A stretch of DNA of 64,000 nucleotides from an uncultured Clostridia bacterium (GTDB lineage: Bacteria > Bacillota > Clostridia > Christensenellales > CAG-314): assembly GCA_947624235.1 (NCBI GenBank), contig CANQJK010000001.1:4153-68152 (forward strand). The letters are read 5' to 3'. The position numbers were made by a program, and so were the translations under genes. The first letter of the stretch is position 1. Each line of letters starts with the position of its first letter. The notes beneath the pieces are model-generated. The model had not been told where the DNA came from. It saw only the letters and a list, made by a program, of their open reading frames with translations, and did no database searches. Shown here in pieces: positions 37,311-46,697 of the stretch.

Positions 37311-37933
37311 TTTATTCTCTCCTTGTACAATTTGGGGACTTATCCCTACTGTCATACTATTAGATCAAACAAAAAATTGTTACACCATGCCGATCGTTGT
37401 TTACTTTTGCACACCGCTTATCCCGCTATTTTTAGCCGTAGCACAACTGTCAGCGCGCGTTCCTCAAAACTTTTTGCGGTTCAACATGCGCGCAACGGCC
37501 TCGTCGAATTTTCGTTCTGCTTACCCTTGAAATTCAAAACTCAACCCTCGGCTAATCGCAAAACGTCATTTTGCGATCGACGCATGGTTTTACGCAGACG
37601 CACAAGCCGTAAACAAAATTGCGCCTTTCGAACAGGATATTCCGCCTTGATTGCATGTTGCAGTCGATAGCCACCAAAACCGAACAAAAAACGGCATTAC
37701 ACAAATCATGCGCAATATCGAAGTAACCTATCTCGACCTGAACATCGTAACCACAACTTGAAACGCATTTTTACTTTTTACAACGCGCTATCACGACCTC
37801 GTAGGTAAAAAATGTTTGGGTTTTACGGAATTCTTTCTGAAATGTTTTTTTGTGAGAACCTTCAAAAAGTGCACCGCTTACAAAAAAAATCGCACCGCTT
37901 CTTAAATTTTTTTCCAAAAGTGCTTGTAAAGTA

Positions 37934-37995
37934 TTGACATTTTTGAAAAACGGGCATATACTTAAAACAGTTGAACAATTATTCAATTGTTTGCA
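37934..37995 (+). promoter_or_regulatory. promoter and ArsR/SmtB-type operator of the cad operon
   Basis: TTGACA (37934), 17 nt, TATACT (37957). The inverted repeat TGAACAATTATTCA (37972..37985) resembles the CzrA/CadC operator core TGAACA-N2-TATTCA. Confidence 0.6.
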
Positions 37996-38017
37996 AGATA
38001 ACACGGAGGATCGAATT

Positions 38018-38368
38018 ATGAATGACTTGATGTGTGATGACAATCTTGTACATGACGAGGTGTGCGAACAGGTGACGGTGGATATGCCGTCTGAAAACGA
38101 TCTGTACGATGTTGCGGAATTATTCAAAATATTTGGAGACTCAACGCGCATAAGGATATTGTCGGCGTTGGCGCAAGCCGAAATGTGCGTTTGCGACATA
38201 TCGGTAGTTCTCAATATGACAAAATCCGCAGTTTCTCACCAACTTCGCATTTTGAGGCAAGCCAAACTTGTAAAAAACAGACGTAAAGGCAAAGAAATAT
38301 TTTACAGTTTGGACGACGATCATGTCAACAGCATAATAAAATTGGCTTTGGAGCACATAAAGGAGTAG
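38018..38368 (+). CDS. cadC: ArsR/SmtB family metalloregulator, CadC-like
   Basis: Start moved to MNDLMCDDN (GGAGGA SD). N-terminal Cys pair, alpha-3 CVC (AEMCVCDISV), HTH SAVSHQLRILRQAKLV, and a C-terminal DxH-x10-H-x2-E alpha-5 site. Confidence 0.85.
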   Translation: MNDLMCDDNLVHDEVCEQVTVDMPSENDLYDVAELFKIFGDSTRIRILSALAQAEMCVCDISVVLNMTKSAVSHQLRILRQAKLVKNRRKGKEIFYSLDDDHVNSIIKLALEHIKE

Positions 38369-38371
38369 ACT

Positions 38372-38590
38372 ATGAAGTTAGTTATAACCATGCAAGATCT
38401 GGATTGCGCAAGTTGCGCGTCCAAAATGGAACAACAGATATTAAAAATCAAAGGCGTGCAAAGTTGCAACGTCAGTTTTCTCCTTCAACGCATGACGTTG
38501 GAGATAGACGACGATCGTTCGGAAGAAATATTAAAGAAGATCCGCAAAGCCGTAAGAAAGGTAGAACCGGACTGCAAATTGGAGATTTGA
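38372..38590 (+). CDS. stand-alone heavy-metal-associated (HMA) domain protein
   Basis: 72 aa ferredoxin-like fold with metal motif DCASCASKM. Its stop lies 1 nt before the ATPase ATG. Confidence 0.75.
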   Translation: MKLVITMQDLDCASCASKMEQQILKIKGVQSCNVSFLLQRMTLEIDDDRSEEILKKIRKAVRKVEPDCKLEI

Positions 38591-38591
38591 T

Positions 38592-40460
38592 ATGTCGCGT
38601 AACAAAATAGCACTTATAAGGATCGCTCTTTCCGCTACCGTCGTTGCGGTGACGTTGATACTGAAATTTACCGTCCATTGCGGTATATGGTGGGAATTGG
38701 GGCTATGTGTTGTGGCATATCTTGTTGCGGGCTACGACGTTCTGTGGAAAGCATGCAGAAATATATTCCACGGAAAAGTTTTTGACGAAAACTTTTTGAT
38801 GACCGTGGCAACAATAGGCGCGTTTGCCATAGGCGAATATGTAGACGCCGTTGCCGTGATGATACTTTACCAAATCGGAGAAGTATTTCAGCGATATGCG
38901 GTCGGAAAAAGTCGCAAAAATATCGCAAGTCTTATGCAGATACGTCCCGAGCAGGCGACGGTTTTGCGTAACGGCGAAGAAATTACCCTTCATCCGTCGG
39001 AGATCGCCGTTGGAGAGACCGTTGTCGTCAAAGCAGGCGACAAAATTCCCCTTGACGGGATCGTACAAAGTGGCGAATGTAATATCGACACTTCCGCCAT
39101 TACGGGCGAAAGCCTACCGAGACACATAAAACAAGACGACTCGGTGGTCTCGGGGTGCATAAATCTGGACGGAGTGCTCTACATCACCACCGTCGGCACA
39201 TACGAAGACAGCACCGTTTCCAAAATTCTCGACCTCGTGGAAAATGCTACGTCTCAAAAGGCTCCCGCAGAAAACTTTATTACAAAGTTCAGCAAATACT
39301 ATACGCCTGTTGTAGTTTGCCTTGCAATTCTTGTAGGCGTGTTGCCGCCACTCGTTACGGGCAACTACGCGGATTGGTCGGTTTGGAGCGTTTGGCTCAA
39401 ACGAGCCATGATGTTTTTGTTTGTATCATGCCCGTGTGCGCTGGTAATATCCGTCCCGCTGGGATTTTTCGGAGGTATTGCCTGCGCGAGCAAATACGGC
39501 ATACTTGTAAAAGGGAGCAACTATCTTGAACTGCTTGCCAAGGTAAACGCCGTGGCATTTGACAAGACAGGAACGCTTACCAAGGGAAACTTTGCCGTCA
39601 CTTACGTTTATCCCGAACAGCAACGCAACGAGGTATTGCAACTTGCTTCCGTTGCCGAACAATACAGCAATCACCCCATTGCTCTATCTATTAACAGAGA
39701 AACAAAAGCCGACATGCCTGCAAAAGTGACGGAGATAGCAGGCAAGGGACTTATTGCAGAAACCGACAGCATGACCATTCTCTGCGGAAACAAACAATTG
39801 ATGAGGGATCACGACATCGATTGTCCCGACGCAGAGGGCGGAACCGTGGTTTACGTTGCGTCGGACGGAAAATTTGTCGGTTACATCGTAATTGCGGACG
39901 AATTGAAACCCGACGCGAAAAAATCCGTATCTATGTTACGTCAAGTCGGTTGCAAAACCATTATGTTGACGGGGGATAACAACTCTACGGCAGAAAACGT
40001 TGCTAAAACTCTCGGCGTGGACGACTTTCGTGCGGAACTGCTACCGCAGGACAAGGTGGGAGAACTTAACAAACTCAAATCAGACAAAAAATCTATCGTT
40101 GCCTTTGTCGGAGACGGTATCAACGACGCTCCCGTACTTGCAACTGCCGATGTGGGTATCGCCATGGGTGCGATGGGAAGCGACGTAGCAATTGAAACCG
40201 CAGACGTCGTGCTTATGCGCGACAACCCCACCGCCATAAACGACGCCAAAGCAATTTCCAAAAAGACGATGGCGATCGTTCGAGAAAATATAGTCATGTC
40301 GCTTGCGATAAAATTTGCCGTACTTTTGATTGCGGTTATCGGAGTGCTGGACAAACTTTCCTTTGGGATGATAATCGCCATACTCGCAGATGTGGGCGTT
40401 TGCGTGCTTGCCATTTTGAACTCTATGCGAGCAATGATAGTTCGAAAAAAAGCAAAATAA
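38592..40460 (+). CDS. cadA: Cd/Zn/Co-translocating P1B-type ATPase
   Basis: 622 aa. CPC motif (SCPCALVISVP), DKTGTLT, GDGINDAP, and TGES-like TGESLP. Confidence 0.93.
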   Translation: MSRNKIALIRIALSATVVAVTLILKFTVHCGIWWELGLCVVAYLVAGYDVLWKACRNIFHGKVFDENFLMTVATIGAFAIGEYVDAVAVMILYQIGEVFQRYAVGKSRKNIASLMQIRPEQATVLRNGEEITLHPSEIAVGETVVVKAGDKIPLDGIVQSGECNIDTSAITGESLPRHIKQDDSVVSGCINLDGVLYITTVGTYEDSTVSKILDLVENATSQKAPAENFITKFSKYYTPVVVCLAILVGVLPPLVTGNYADWSVWSVWLKRAMMFLFVSCPCALVISVPLGFFGGIACASKYGILVKGSNYLELLAKVNAVAFDKTGTLTKGNFAVTYVYPEQQRNEVLQLASVAEQYSNHPIALSINRETKADMPAKVTEIAGKGLIAETDSMTILCGNKQLMRDHDIDCPDAEGGTVVYVASDGKFVGYIVIADELKPDAKKSVSMLRQVGCKTIMLTGDNNSTAENVAKTLGVDDFRAELLPQDKVGELNKLKSDKKSIVAFVGDGINDAPVLATADVGIAMGAMGSDVAIETADVVLMRDNPTAINDAKAISKKTMAIVRENIVMSLAIKFAVLLIAVIGVLDKLSFGMIIAILADVGVCVLAILNSMRAMIVRKKAK

Positions 40461-40523
40461 CGCATTTTGAAAGAGACGCTTTACGCGCATAAACAACTAA
40501 AAAGTTGAATAATTATACAAAAA

Positions 40524-40556
40524 CGACTTGAAATCATTGTTTTCAAGTCGCTTTTG
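40524..40556. terminator. terminator between cadA and the convergent ABC exporter genes
   Basis: CGACTTGAAA-tcattgt-TTTCAAGTCG then CTTTTG, with an A-run on the other side. Confidence 0.8.
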
Positions 40557-40637
40557 ATGTCACAAGGCGCAAACTCGGTTTACGGAATATTTTGATAATA
40601 TTTTCGATCGAACGCCCAAAACCCTTTTGCAAACAAA

Positions 40638-42554
40638 TCAGGCTTGCTTTTTTCGAAGCTGCTCTTTGTTGAATTGCAAAGTATATAGTTCGTAGTAACG
40701 TCCTTTTTGTCGAAGCAGTTCGTGATGATTGCCCTGTTCCACTATTTCGCCGTCGGAAAGTACTATAATGTTGTCTGCGTGCTGTATGGTAGAAAGTCTG
40801 TGCGCCACGATAAGCATTGTGCCTATGTTCATCATCTTGTTGAGACTGTCCTGTATCAACACTTCCGTTTCCGTGTCTATGTTGGCTGTTGCCTCGTCCA
40901 GTATCACCACTTCGGGGCGGTGAATTATCGTACGGGCAAAACTGAGAAGTTGTCGCTGTCCCGCAGAGAAGTTGTTTCCGCGCTCGCGCACTTCCTCGTC
41001 CAGACCGTTAGGCAATCTGTCTATAAATTTGTCCGCATTGACGTACTTGCACGCCTCCGTTACCGCTTCGTCGTCGAAGTCGTCCCGCAAAACAATGTTA
41101 CTGCGCACGGTGCCTGCAAAGAGAAATACATCTTGTAACATTTGACCGAAATGACGGCGTAAGGATGAGATCTTGATGCGTCTTATATTGATCCCGTCCA
41201 ACAAAATTTCACCTTTTTGGATGTCGTAATTGCGACAAATAAGCGAAAGGATAGTTGTTTTTCCGCTTCCGGTTGCACCAACGAACGCAACGGTATCTTT
41301 TGCGTTGACGTGAAAACTTACACCTTTTAGCACCCACTCGCCCTCGTTGTAGGCAAACCACACGTCTTTGAACTCTATCTCTCCTCTTATTTGCTCCAAC
41401 TCGATCGCGTCAGGTTCATCCACGACATCAGGCTGTATGTCCATAATGGTAAAAATTTTCTCTGCCGACGCAAACGCAGATTGCAACCTGTGAAATTGTT
41501 CGGCAAGATTTTGAATGGGATTGAAAAAGCGAGATATGAACATGTAAAAGGCGACGATAGTAGCTCCGTCTACGATTTGTCCGAGTATTTCGCGGTTATC
41601 CAGCGCGCCCTTCGAGCCGAGGAAGAACAAACACAGCACCGAAGAAATGTATAGCATATAAACTACGGGACGGAAAATTCCGAATACGAATATTTGTCCA
41701 CGTTCGGCGCGATACAATTTTTCGTTTTTGGACTCGAACTCTTCCATTTGACGCTCTTCGCGGTTGAATATTTGAATTATTTTCATGCCGGAAAGATGCT
41801 CGGACAGATAAGTGTTTATATCCGTTGTGCCGTTTTTCACCTGACGATAAGCTCTGCGCGAAAATTTGCGGAATATCACCGTAAACAATACGATAAAGGG
41901 CACAAAACACATCACCATAAGCGTGAGCATATAGTTGATAAACAGCATTGCCACCAATACGCCCAATATCACGAAAATGTTCTTTATCAGATTGACAAGC
42001 ATTCCCGTAAACATCATGGAAATGGCGTTTGTGTCGTTTGTGACGCGCGTAACAAGCTTTCCCACGGGTATTTTGGACAGCTGTGCGTGGGACAAGCTTT
42101 CTATATGAGTAAAAGCGTCCTCGCGCAATTTCGATATGATCTTTTGTCCCGTCTTTTGAAGTACGATCGCTTGAACATAAGTGCCGACAAGAGACACGAT
42201 CAATATCGACGCGTAAACTATCACTCGCCACAAGACGTCGTTATATCTGAAACCGCCCTTTTGTTGAATAATGCGTTCTATATCGGATATAAGTATCGGC
42301 GACAAAATGTTGTAGGAAACGGACAACAACATTACCAAACCGACGATAACAAAACTGAGCCAATACGGTTTGGCGTAAACAAGCAGACGTTTCATCAATT
42401 CGCCGTCCTTCATGTTTCGTTCAAATCCCATGGACTCCTTTTTGTCTTTTACGAGAGCGTATGCGAGTATGAGCGCACCGCTCAACACGCCTATTATTGC
42501 ACCGACGATAAGCAAGGGAAGATAATCCATCATACTATGCTCCCTCCTCGTCAT
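40638..42554 (-). CDS. ABC transporter ATP-binding/permease protein (type I exporter half-transporter)
   Basis: 638 aa. Six-TM domain plus NBD with GATGSGKTT, LSAGQRQLLSFAR, and VILDEATANID. Confidence 0.92.
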   Translation of the reverse strand: MTRREHSMMDYLPLLIVGAIIGVLSGALILAYALVKDKKESMGFERNMKDGELMKRLLVYAKPYWLSFVIVGLVMLLSVSYNILSPILISDIERIIQQKGGFRYNDVLWRVIVYASILIVSLVGTYVQAIVLQKTGQKIISKLREDAFTHIESLSHAQLSKIPVGKLVTRVTNDTNAISMMFTGMLVNLIKNIFVILGVLVAMLFINYMLTLMVMCFVPFIVLFTVIFRKFSRRAYRQVKNGTTDINTYLSEHLSGMKIIQIFNREERQMEEFESKNEKLYRAERGQIFVFGIFRPVVYMLYISSVLCLFFLGSKGALDNREILGQIVDGATIVAFYMFISRFFNPIQNLAEQFHRLQSAFASAEKIFTIMDIQPDVVDEPDAIELEQIRGEIEFKDVWFAYNEGEWVLKGVSFHVNAKDTVAFVGATGSGKTTILSLICRNYDIQKGEILLDGINIRRIKISSLRRHFGQMLQDVFLFAGTVRSNIVLRDDFDDEAVTEACKYVNADKFIDRLPNGLDEEVRERGNNFSAGQRQLLSFARTIIHRPEVVILDEATANIDTETEVLIQDSLNKMMNIGTMLIVAHRLSTIQHADNIIVLSDGEIVEQGNHHELLRQKGRYYELYTLQFNKEQLRKKQA

Positions 42555-44307
42555 CCAACGCCTGCAAAGCCACCATGGTTTGATAGTCGGCGCAACGCGC
42601 CATCAATTCACTGTGACTGCCAACGTCCACCACTTTGCCGTTGTCCAACAACACGATCTTGTCCAAACCGCTGACGGTGGAAATACGGTGCGCAATAAGC
42701 ACGGTAGTTTTACCCTTTCTCGTTTCGCGCAAATTAGACAAAATTTTCTTTTCCGTATCCGTATCCACTGCGGAAACTGAGTCGTCCAAAATCAGAATAG
42801 ACGCGTCTTTCATCAATGCGCGCGCTATGGATATACGCTGTTTTTGTCCGCCCGATACGGTCACGCCACGTTCTCCCATAAGAGTTTTGTAGCCATGCGA
42901 AAACCCGACGATGTTGTCGTCGATATCTGCCAACTTCGCCGAACGGACAACGGAGTCGTTGTCTGCGTCGTCCACTGCAAAGGAAATATTGTTTTCTATT
43001 GTATCCGAAAACAGAAAGTTATCTTGCGGAACATAGGCGCAGAAGTTGCGCAAACTCTTTACGGTAATATCATTGACGTCCTTTCCGTCCACGAAAAGCG
43101 TACCTTCGGGAACATTGTAACAACGCAAGATCAAGTCGGCGATCGTTGTTTTGCCCGCGCCTGTTTTGCCGATAATACCCACGTTTTCCCCTGCGTTTAT
43201 GCTAAAACTGACGTCGGAAAGCGCGTCAAAGTCGGTGTCGGGATAACGGAAGGTGAGATTTTTGAATTGTATCGCGCCGTCGATGTTCTCTACGTCAACG
43301 GCGTCGGCGCTGTCTGAAACATCTTGTTTGGCGTCCAACAGATCGGAAACGCGCTTCAAAGAAGCCTTTCCGCGAGAATGCATTTCAATAAGTTCGGTTA
43401 TAGCCATTATCGGCCAAATAACGGCGTTGTAGTATCCGATAAATTCCATCAGTTGCCCCGATGTAAACGTTTGGTTATACACCAGATAGGAACCGTAGCC
43501 CAAAACGATACAAATGACCGACTCGACAAACAATGTGACAAAGACGTTTAGTAGCGTGCTTATTTTGGTATATGCCACATTGGCGTCCTCGTTCTTTTTG
43601 TTGAGCCACCTGAAAGCAAGCAATTCTTTGAATTCTTTTACAAATGCCTTGATAACGGCAATGCCCGAAAAACTTTCTTGCGAAAAGTCGGACAAATCGG
43701 AAAACGCTTGTTGTCGAACGCTCCACTTCATGGACATATATTTGCCCACAAGCATACTTATTGCCACCATTAACGCCATCGGTATAAGCGACAGAACGGT
43801 CATGAGCGCATCCATTCTGAACATTTTGAACAACGACAAACCGCCTTGGAACAAAGCATCGAAGGTCATCAGTATGCCCGAACCGAAACAGTCCTGCACC
43901 GTTTCCAGATCGTTTGTAAAAAGCGACATCAAATTGCCTATCTTTTCTCGTGAATAAAATTCGCAAGAAAGTTCCTCGCAATGCGCATACATCTTTTTGC
44001 GCAGATCCCGTTCCACCCTGATACCGGATCCGAACAGACAAATTCGCCACAAAAAACGACCGAACACGATAGCCACGATGATCACGAACATGGGTTTGCA
44101 AATCCGATCCCAAACAAATTGAATGTCGAAGATAACGGTTTGTTCGTTCACGACTACGGAGCCTTTGTTCACCCCGTCGATAACCATGCGATACATTTCG
44201 GGGATCATCAACTGCGCATAATCTACTGCAACAAGAGCCATCAATCCCACAAGGATCAATAGCGCATACTTCCAGTAATATTTGTTGATGTATTTGCCGA
44301 AAATCAT
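42535..44307 (-). CDS. ABC transporter ATP-binding/permease protein (partner half-transporter)
   Basis: 590 aa. TMD plus NBD with GKTGAGKTT, VSGGQKQRISIARAL, and LILDDSVSAVD. Overlaps the downstream partner by 20 nt. Confidence 0.92.
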   Translation of the reverse strand: MIFGKYINKYYWKYALLILVGLMALVAVDYAQLMIPEMYRMVIDGVNKGSVVVNEQTVIFDIQFVWDRICKPMFVIIVAIVFGRFLWRICLFGSGIRVERDLRKKMYAHCEELSCEFYSREKIGNLMSLFTNDLETVQDCFGSGILMTFDALFQGGLSLFKMFRMDALMTVLSLIPMALMVAISMLVGKYMSMKWSVRQQAFSDLSDFSQESFSGIAVIKAFVKEFKELLAFRWLNKKNEDANVAYTKISTLLNVFVTLFVESVICIVLGYGSYLVYNQTFTSGQLMEFIGYYNAVIWPIMAITELIEMHSRGKASLKRVSDLLDAKQDVSDSADAVDVENIDGAIQFKNLTFRYPDTDFDALSDVSFSINAGENVGIIGKTGAGKTTIADLILRCYNVPEGTLFVDGKDVNDITVKSLRNFCAYVPQDNFLFSDTIENNISFAVDDADNDSVVRSAKLADIDDNIVGFSHGYKTLMGERGVTVSGGQKQRISIARALMKDASILILDDSVSAVDTDTEKKILSNLRETRKGKTTVLIAHRISTVSGLDKIVLLDNGKVVDVGSHSELMARCADYQTMVALQALDDEEGA

Positions 44308-44326
44308 CTGTGCCTCTTACTTGATT

Positions 44327-44370
44327 TTTTAGTATATCACTTAACAAATATTGTTTTAGTATATCACTTA
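44327..44370. repeat. two 17-nt direct repeats upstream of the ABC exporter operon
   Basis: TTTTAGTATATCACTTA at 44327 and 44354 (27-nt period). On the minus strand each reads TAAGTGATATACTAAAA, about 20-60 nt upstream of ATG 44307. Confidence 0.8.
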
Positions 44371-44470
44371 GCAAACATACAGTCAAATAAAAATAAAGAC
44401 AAACACTTACAATATGTGCGATTTTGTCCTAAAAAAATAAAGATCTCTGCCAAAAAGGCGATTTGTTTGT

Positions 44471-45193
44471 TCACAACGTCAAAAGTTCGTTCAAACTCTT
44501 GGGCGGAAAGAAGCAGTGCGAAAGATATTTGTACATTACTGTAAGCGCGTTTTTGAGCGTTTCGCGCGTAAAAATGAGATTTTTGAGTTTGTCGTAGGGC
44601 ATGGACTCCACCATTTTACAAGTGGCTATCGTTCGCGCAGGAACAAAAAAACTGTCGATCGTTCGGCAATTTTCGCACAAAAGCTCCCCGCGTTGCAGAT
44701 CCAAATACATTTTGTTGGCGCTTTGTCCGCAAGTGGCACAGCCGTCGAATGATATTTTTAGCCCTTGCATTTCCAAAAAAGCCAACAGATAACGCAAAGT
44801 AACGATAAATGGCTCCGTCCCGTCTGCCAAAGCGGTCAGCGCCCTGAGCGTTTCCGCAAACACATTGGGTTCCGACTGCCCCTCCTCCGTGTAATTGGAC
44901 AGACATTCTGCTATGACGCAGGCAGAGTAATATGTTTCGATATCCTCTCTCAAACAAAAAAAACTCTCCAACTGATCGCAAGTTTTAAGAGTAAACCGAT
45001 CGGCGCTTTGAACAAGTTCGTACTGACCGAAACAAAATTGATCGGCGCAGAATTTTAGTTTTGCACTGTTTTTTCTTATTCCCTTTGCATAAACGGAAAT
45101 TTTGCCGTACTCGAGCGAGTACAGCAAAATCATTTTATCATTTTCTTTGTAATCCGTCGCTTTTAGCGCCAGAGCCTTTGTCGTCACGTCCAT
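44471..45193 (-). CDS. recO: DNA repair protein RecO
   Basis: 240 aa. N-terminal OB fold (ALALKATDYKENDKMILLYS) and a C-terminal zinc motif CATCG...CENC. Confidence 0.9.
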   Translation of the reverse strand: MDVTTKALALKATDYKENDKMILLYSLEYGKISVYAKGIRKNSAKLKFCADQFCFGQYELVQSADRFTLKTCDQLESFFCLREDIETYYSACVIAECLSNYTEEGQSEPNVFAETLRALTALADGTEPFIVTLRYLLAFLEMQGLKISFDGCATCGQSANKMYLDLQRGELLCENCRTIDSFFVPARTIATCKMVESMPYDKLKNLIFTRETLKNALTVMYKYLSHCFFPPKSLNELLTL

Positions 45194-45272
45194 CTTCGGT
45201 CAATTCCTTATACAACAGGTAATAGACGGGGTTGCCTGTTTCCCTGAAAAGTTTCCAAACGGTATCTTTCAC
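45138..45272 (-). CDS. yqzL: YqzL-like small protein (44 aa)
   Basis: Below the ORF-track size cutoff. GTG 45272 with AGGAGG 6 nt upstream reads MKDTVWKLFRETGNPVYYLLYKELTEDGRDDKGSGAKSDGLQRK. It has the YqzL signature WKxFxxTGxxxxYLLxKE and the same position between era and recO as in Bacillus. Overlaps the recO 5' end by 56 nt out of frame. Confidence 0.6.
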   Translation of the reverse strand: MKDTVWKLFRETGNPVYYLLYKELTEDGRDDKGSGAKSDGLQRK

Positions 45273-45324
45273 AACAAACCTCCTAAAATAAGTTTGAGTA
45301 AAAAATTGCCGTTATATACAAATA

Positions 45325-46215
45325 TTATTTTTTTCGACTTGAATAACCCAATTCGTTGAGCATGGAAGGGTTGTTGCGCCAGTCCTCTTTAACTTTTATC
45401 CACAACGTCAAAAAAACTTTTGCTTCCAACAATCTTTCTATGCTTTCACGCGCATGGATACCGATGCTTTTGATCATGGCTCCGTGTTTACCCAATATAA
45501 TGGGCTTGTGAGAAGCCTTTTCGACGATCAAAGTGGCGTCTATATCCCAGGCATTTTGCTCGAACTGCATTTTGTTTATCGCAACGCCTACTCCGTGCGG
45601 GATCTCGTTTTCGCACGCAAGAAGAACTTTTTCCCTTATTATCTCGCTTACCTCGAACCTTTGGCTTTTGTCCGTGACGTCGTCCTCGTCAAAATACATT
45701 TCGCTACCTGTCAGGTACTTTTTCAGCGCCTGTTTAAGTTCGTCTATGCCCTTGTTGCGTTTTGCGGAAACGCAGTACACCTCTGCAATACCCTCTACTC
45801 CGTTCAGTTTGGCAAGTTCGGGCATAAGCTTGGCAGGTTGACAAATATCCGTTTTGTTGACTACTACCAAAAGGGGAACGTTTCTTTTGCGATAGCGTTC
45901 TATTTGCGCCAGTTCCCTGTCGTCTATCCCGTCGTGCCCGTCGATCACCACAAGTATGCAATCTACATCCGCAACAGCGTTGTCAATGCTTTTGAGCATA
46001 TAGTCTCCGAGAGCGTTTCGGCTGTGCAAAAAGCCGGGCGTATCCACAAAAACCATTTGACTGTCATCATCCGTCCAAATGCCCAAAATACTTTCGCGCG
46101 TGGTTTGAGGCTTGGGCGACACTATGGAAACCTTTTGTTTGACAAGTGAATTTACCAAAGTGGATTTGCCTGCGTTTGCCATACCCACCACGGCGATAAA
46201 ACCCGTTTTTCTCAT
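45325..46215 (-). CDS. era: GTPase Era
   Basis: The track ORF is over-extended. MRKTGFIAVVGMANAGKSTLVNSL at 46215 is the Era N-terminus, followed by DTPG, NKTD and a C-terminal KH domain. There is a 4-nt overlap with ybeY. Confidence 0.95.
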   Translation of the reverse strand: MRKTGFIAVVGMANAGKSTLVNSLVKQKVSIVSPKPQTTRESILGIWTDDDSQMVFVDTPGFLHSRNALGDYMLKSIDNAVADVDCILVVIDGHDGIDDRELAQIERYRKRNVPLLVVVNKTDICQPAKLMPELAKLNGVEGIAEVYCVSAKRNKGIDELKQALKKYLTGSEMYFDEDDVTDKSQRFEVSEIIREKVLLACENEIPHGVGVAINKMQFEQNAWDIDATLIVEKASHKPIILGKHGAMIKSIGIHARESIERLLEAKVFLTLWIKVKEDWRNNPSMLNELGYSSRKK

Positions 46216-46697
46216 TTGACGTCCCTTGTAATGTGCATTTTGTTGAGTATTGCCTCGCTTAAAGCGTGCATTTCTTTTTCGTCCGATTCCTCTATGTGAT
46301 CGTAGCCCAACAAGTGCAAAAGCCCGTGCAAAGACAAAAAGCACAGCTCCCGTTTGAGGCTGTGTCCGTACTCGACAGCCTGTTCTTTTGCACGATCGAA
46401 GCAAATGACAACGTCGCCAATGTTGAGTTTGCCCGTTTTGGGATTGATCGCGTCAAGCGGAAAATTGCTTACGTCCAAAACTTGTTTGTCGAGTTCCAAC
46501 GTCGGAAAGGACAACACGTCCGTAACGGCGTCCACTCCTCTGAATTTTGCGTTGAGCGCCTTGATCTCTTCGGGTGTAACGACGGACAACGACATCTCGA
46601 TGTGGCGCGAAGGTTGTTTAAGATATTTGAGCGCGCCGTTCAAAATGCGCTTTATGGTATGCTTATGAAAACCCACGTTGCTAAAATAAATCGTCAT
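46212..46697 (-). CDS. ybeY: rRNA maturation endoribonuclease YbeY
   Basis: 161 aa with zinc motif HGLLHLLGYDH. Confidence 0.95.
   Translation of the reverse strand: MTIYFSNVGFHKHTIKRILNGALKYLKQPSRHIEMSLSVVTPEEIKALNAKFRGVDAVTDVLSFPTLELDKQVLDVSNFPLDAINPKTGKLNIGDVVICFDRAKEQAVEYGHSLKRELCFLSLHGLLHLLGYDHIEESDEKEMHALSEAILNKMHITRDVK

Noticed and set aside
36829-37670. Overlapping ORFs in other frames and on the other strand across the collagen gene (153 aa, 112 aa, 249 aa, 166 aa).
   Set aside because: These are products of the GGN/CCN triplet periodicity of the GXY-coding repeat. They translate to Arg/Pro/Leu-rich nonsense. The G-X-Y frame, with an SD and a terminator, is the real gene.
37356-37933. 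A 0.58-kb non-coding spacer between the collagen gene and the cad operon, scanned for pseudogenes, RNAs and repeats.
   Set aside because: The only finds were a short duplicated GCACCGCTT and chance-level similarity to the repeats at 61 kb (CGAACAAAAACG). There is no coherent ORF remnant or structure I can defend.
37771-38214. A 147-aa minus-strand ORF overlapping the cad promoter and the cadC 5' half.
   Set aside because: It is antisense to a well-supported ArsR-family gene and its promoter/operator, and has no SD or family features.
45325-46404. N-terminally extended track ORFs for era (359 aa), copA (888 aa), csoR (117 aa), mgtE (485 aa), mraZ (164 aa), cadC (144 aa) and the collagen gene (297 aa) as unusual fusions or extensions.
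   Set aside because: In every case a downstream start with a proper SD coincides with the beginning of family homology. The extensions are unconserved read-through of upstream sequence or of the preceding gene.
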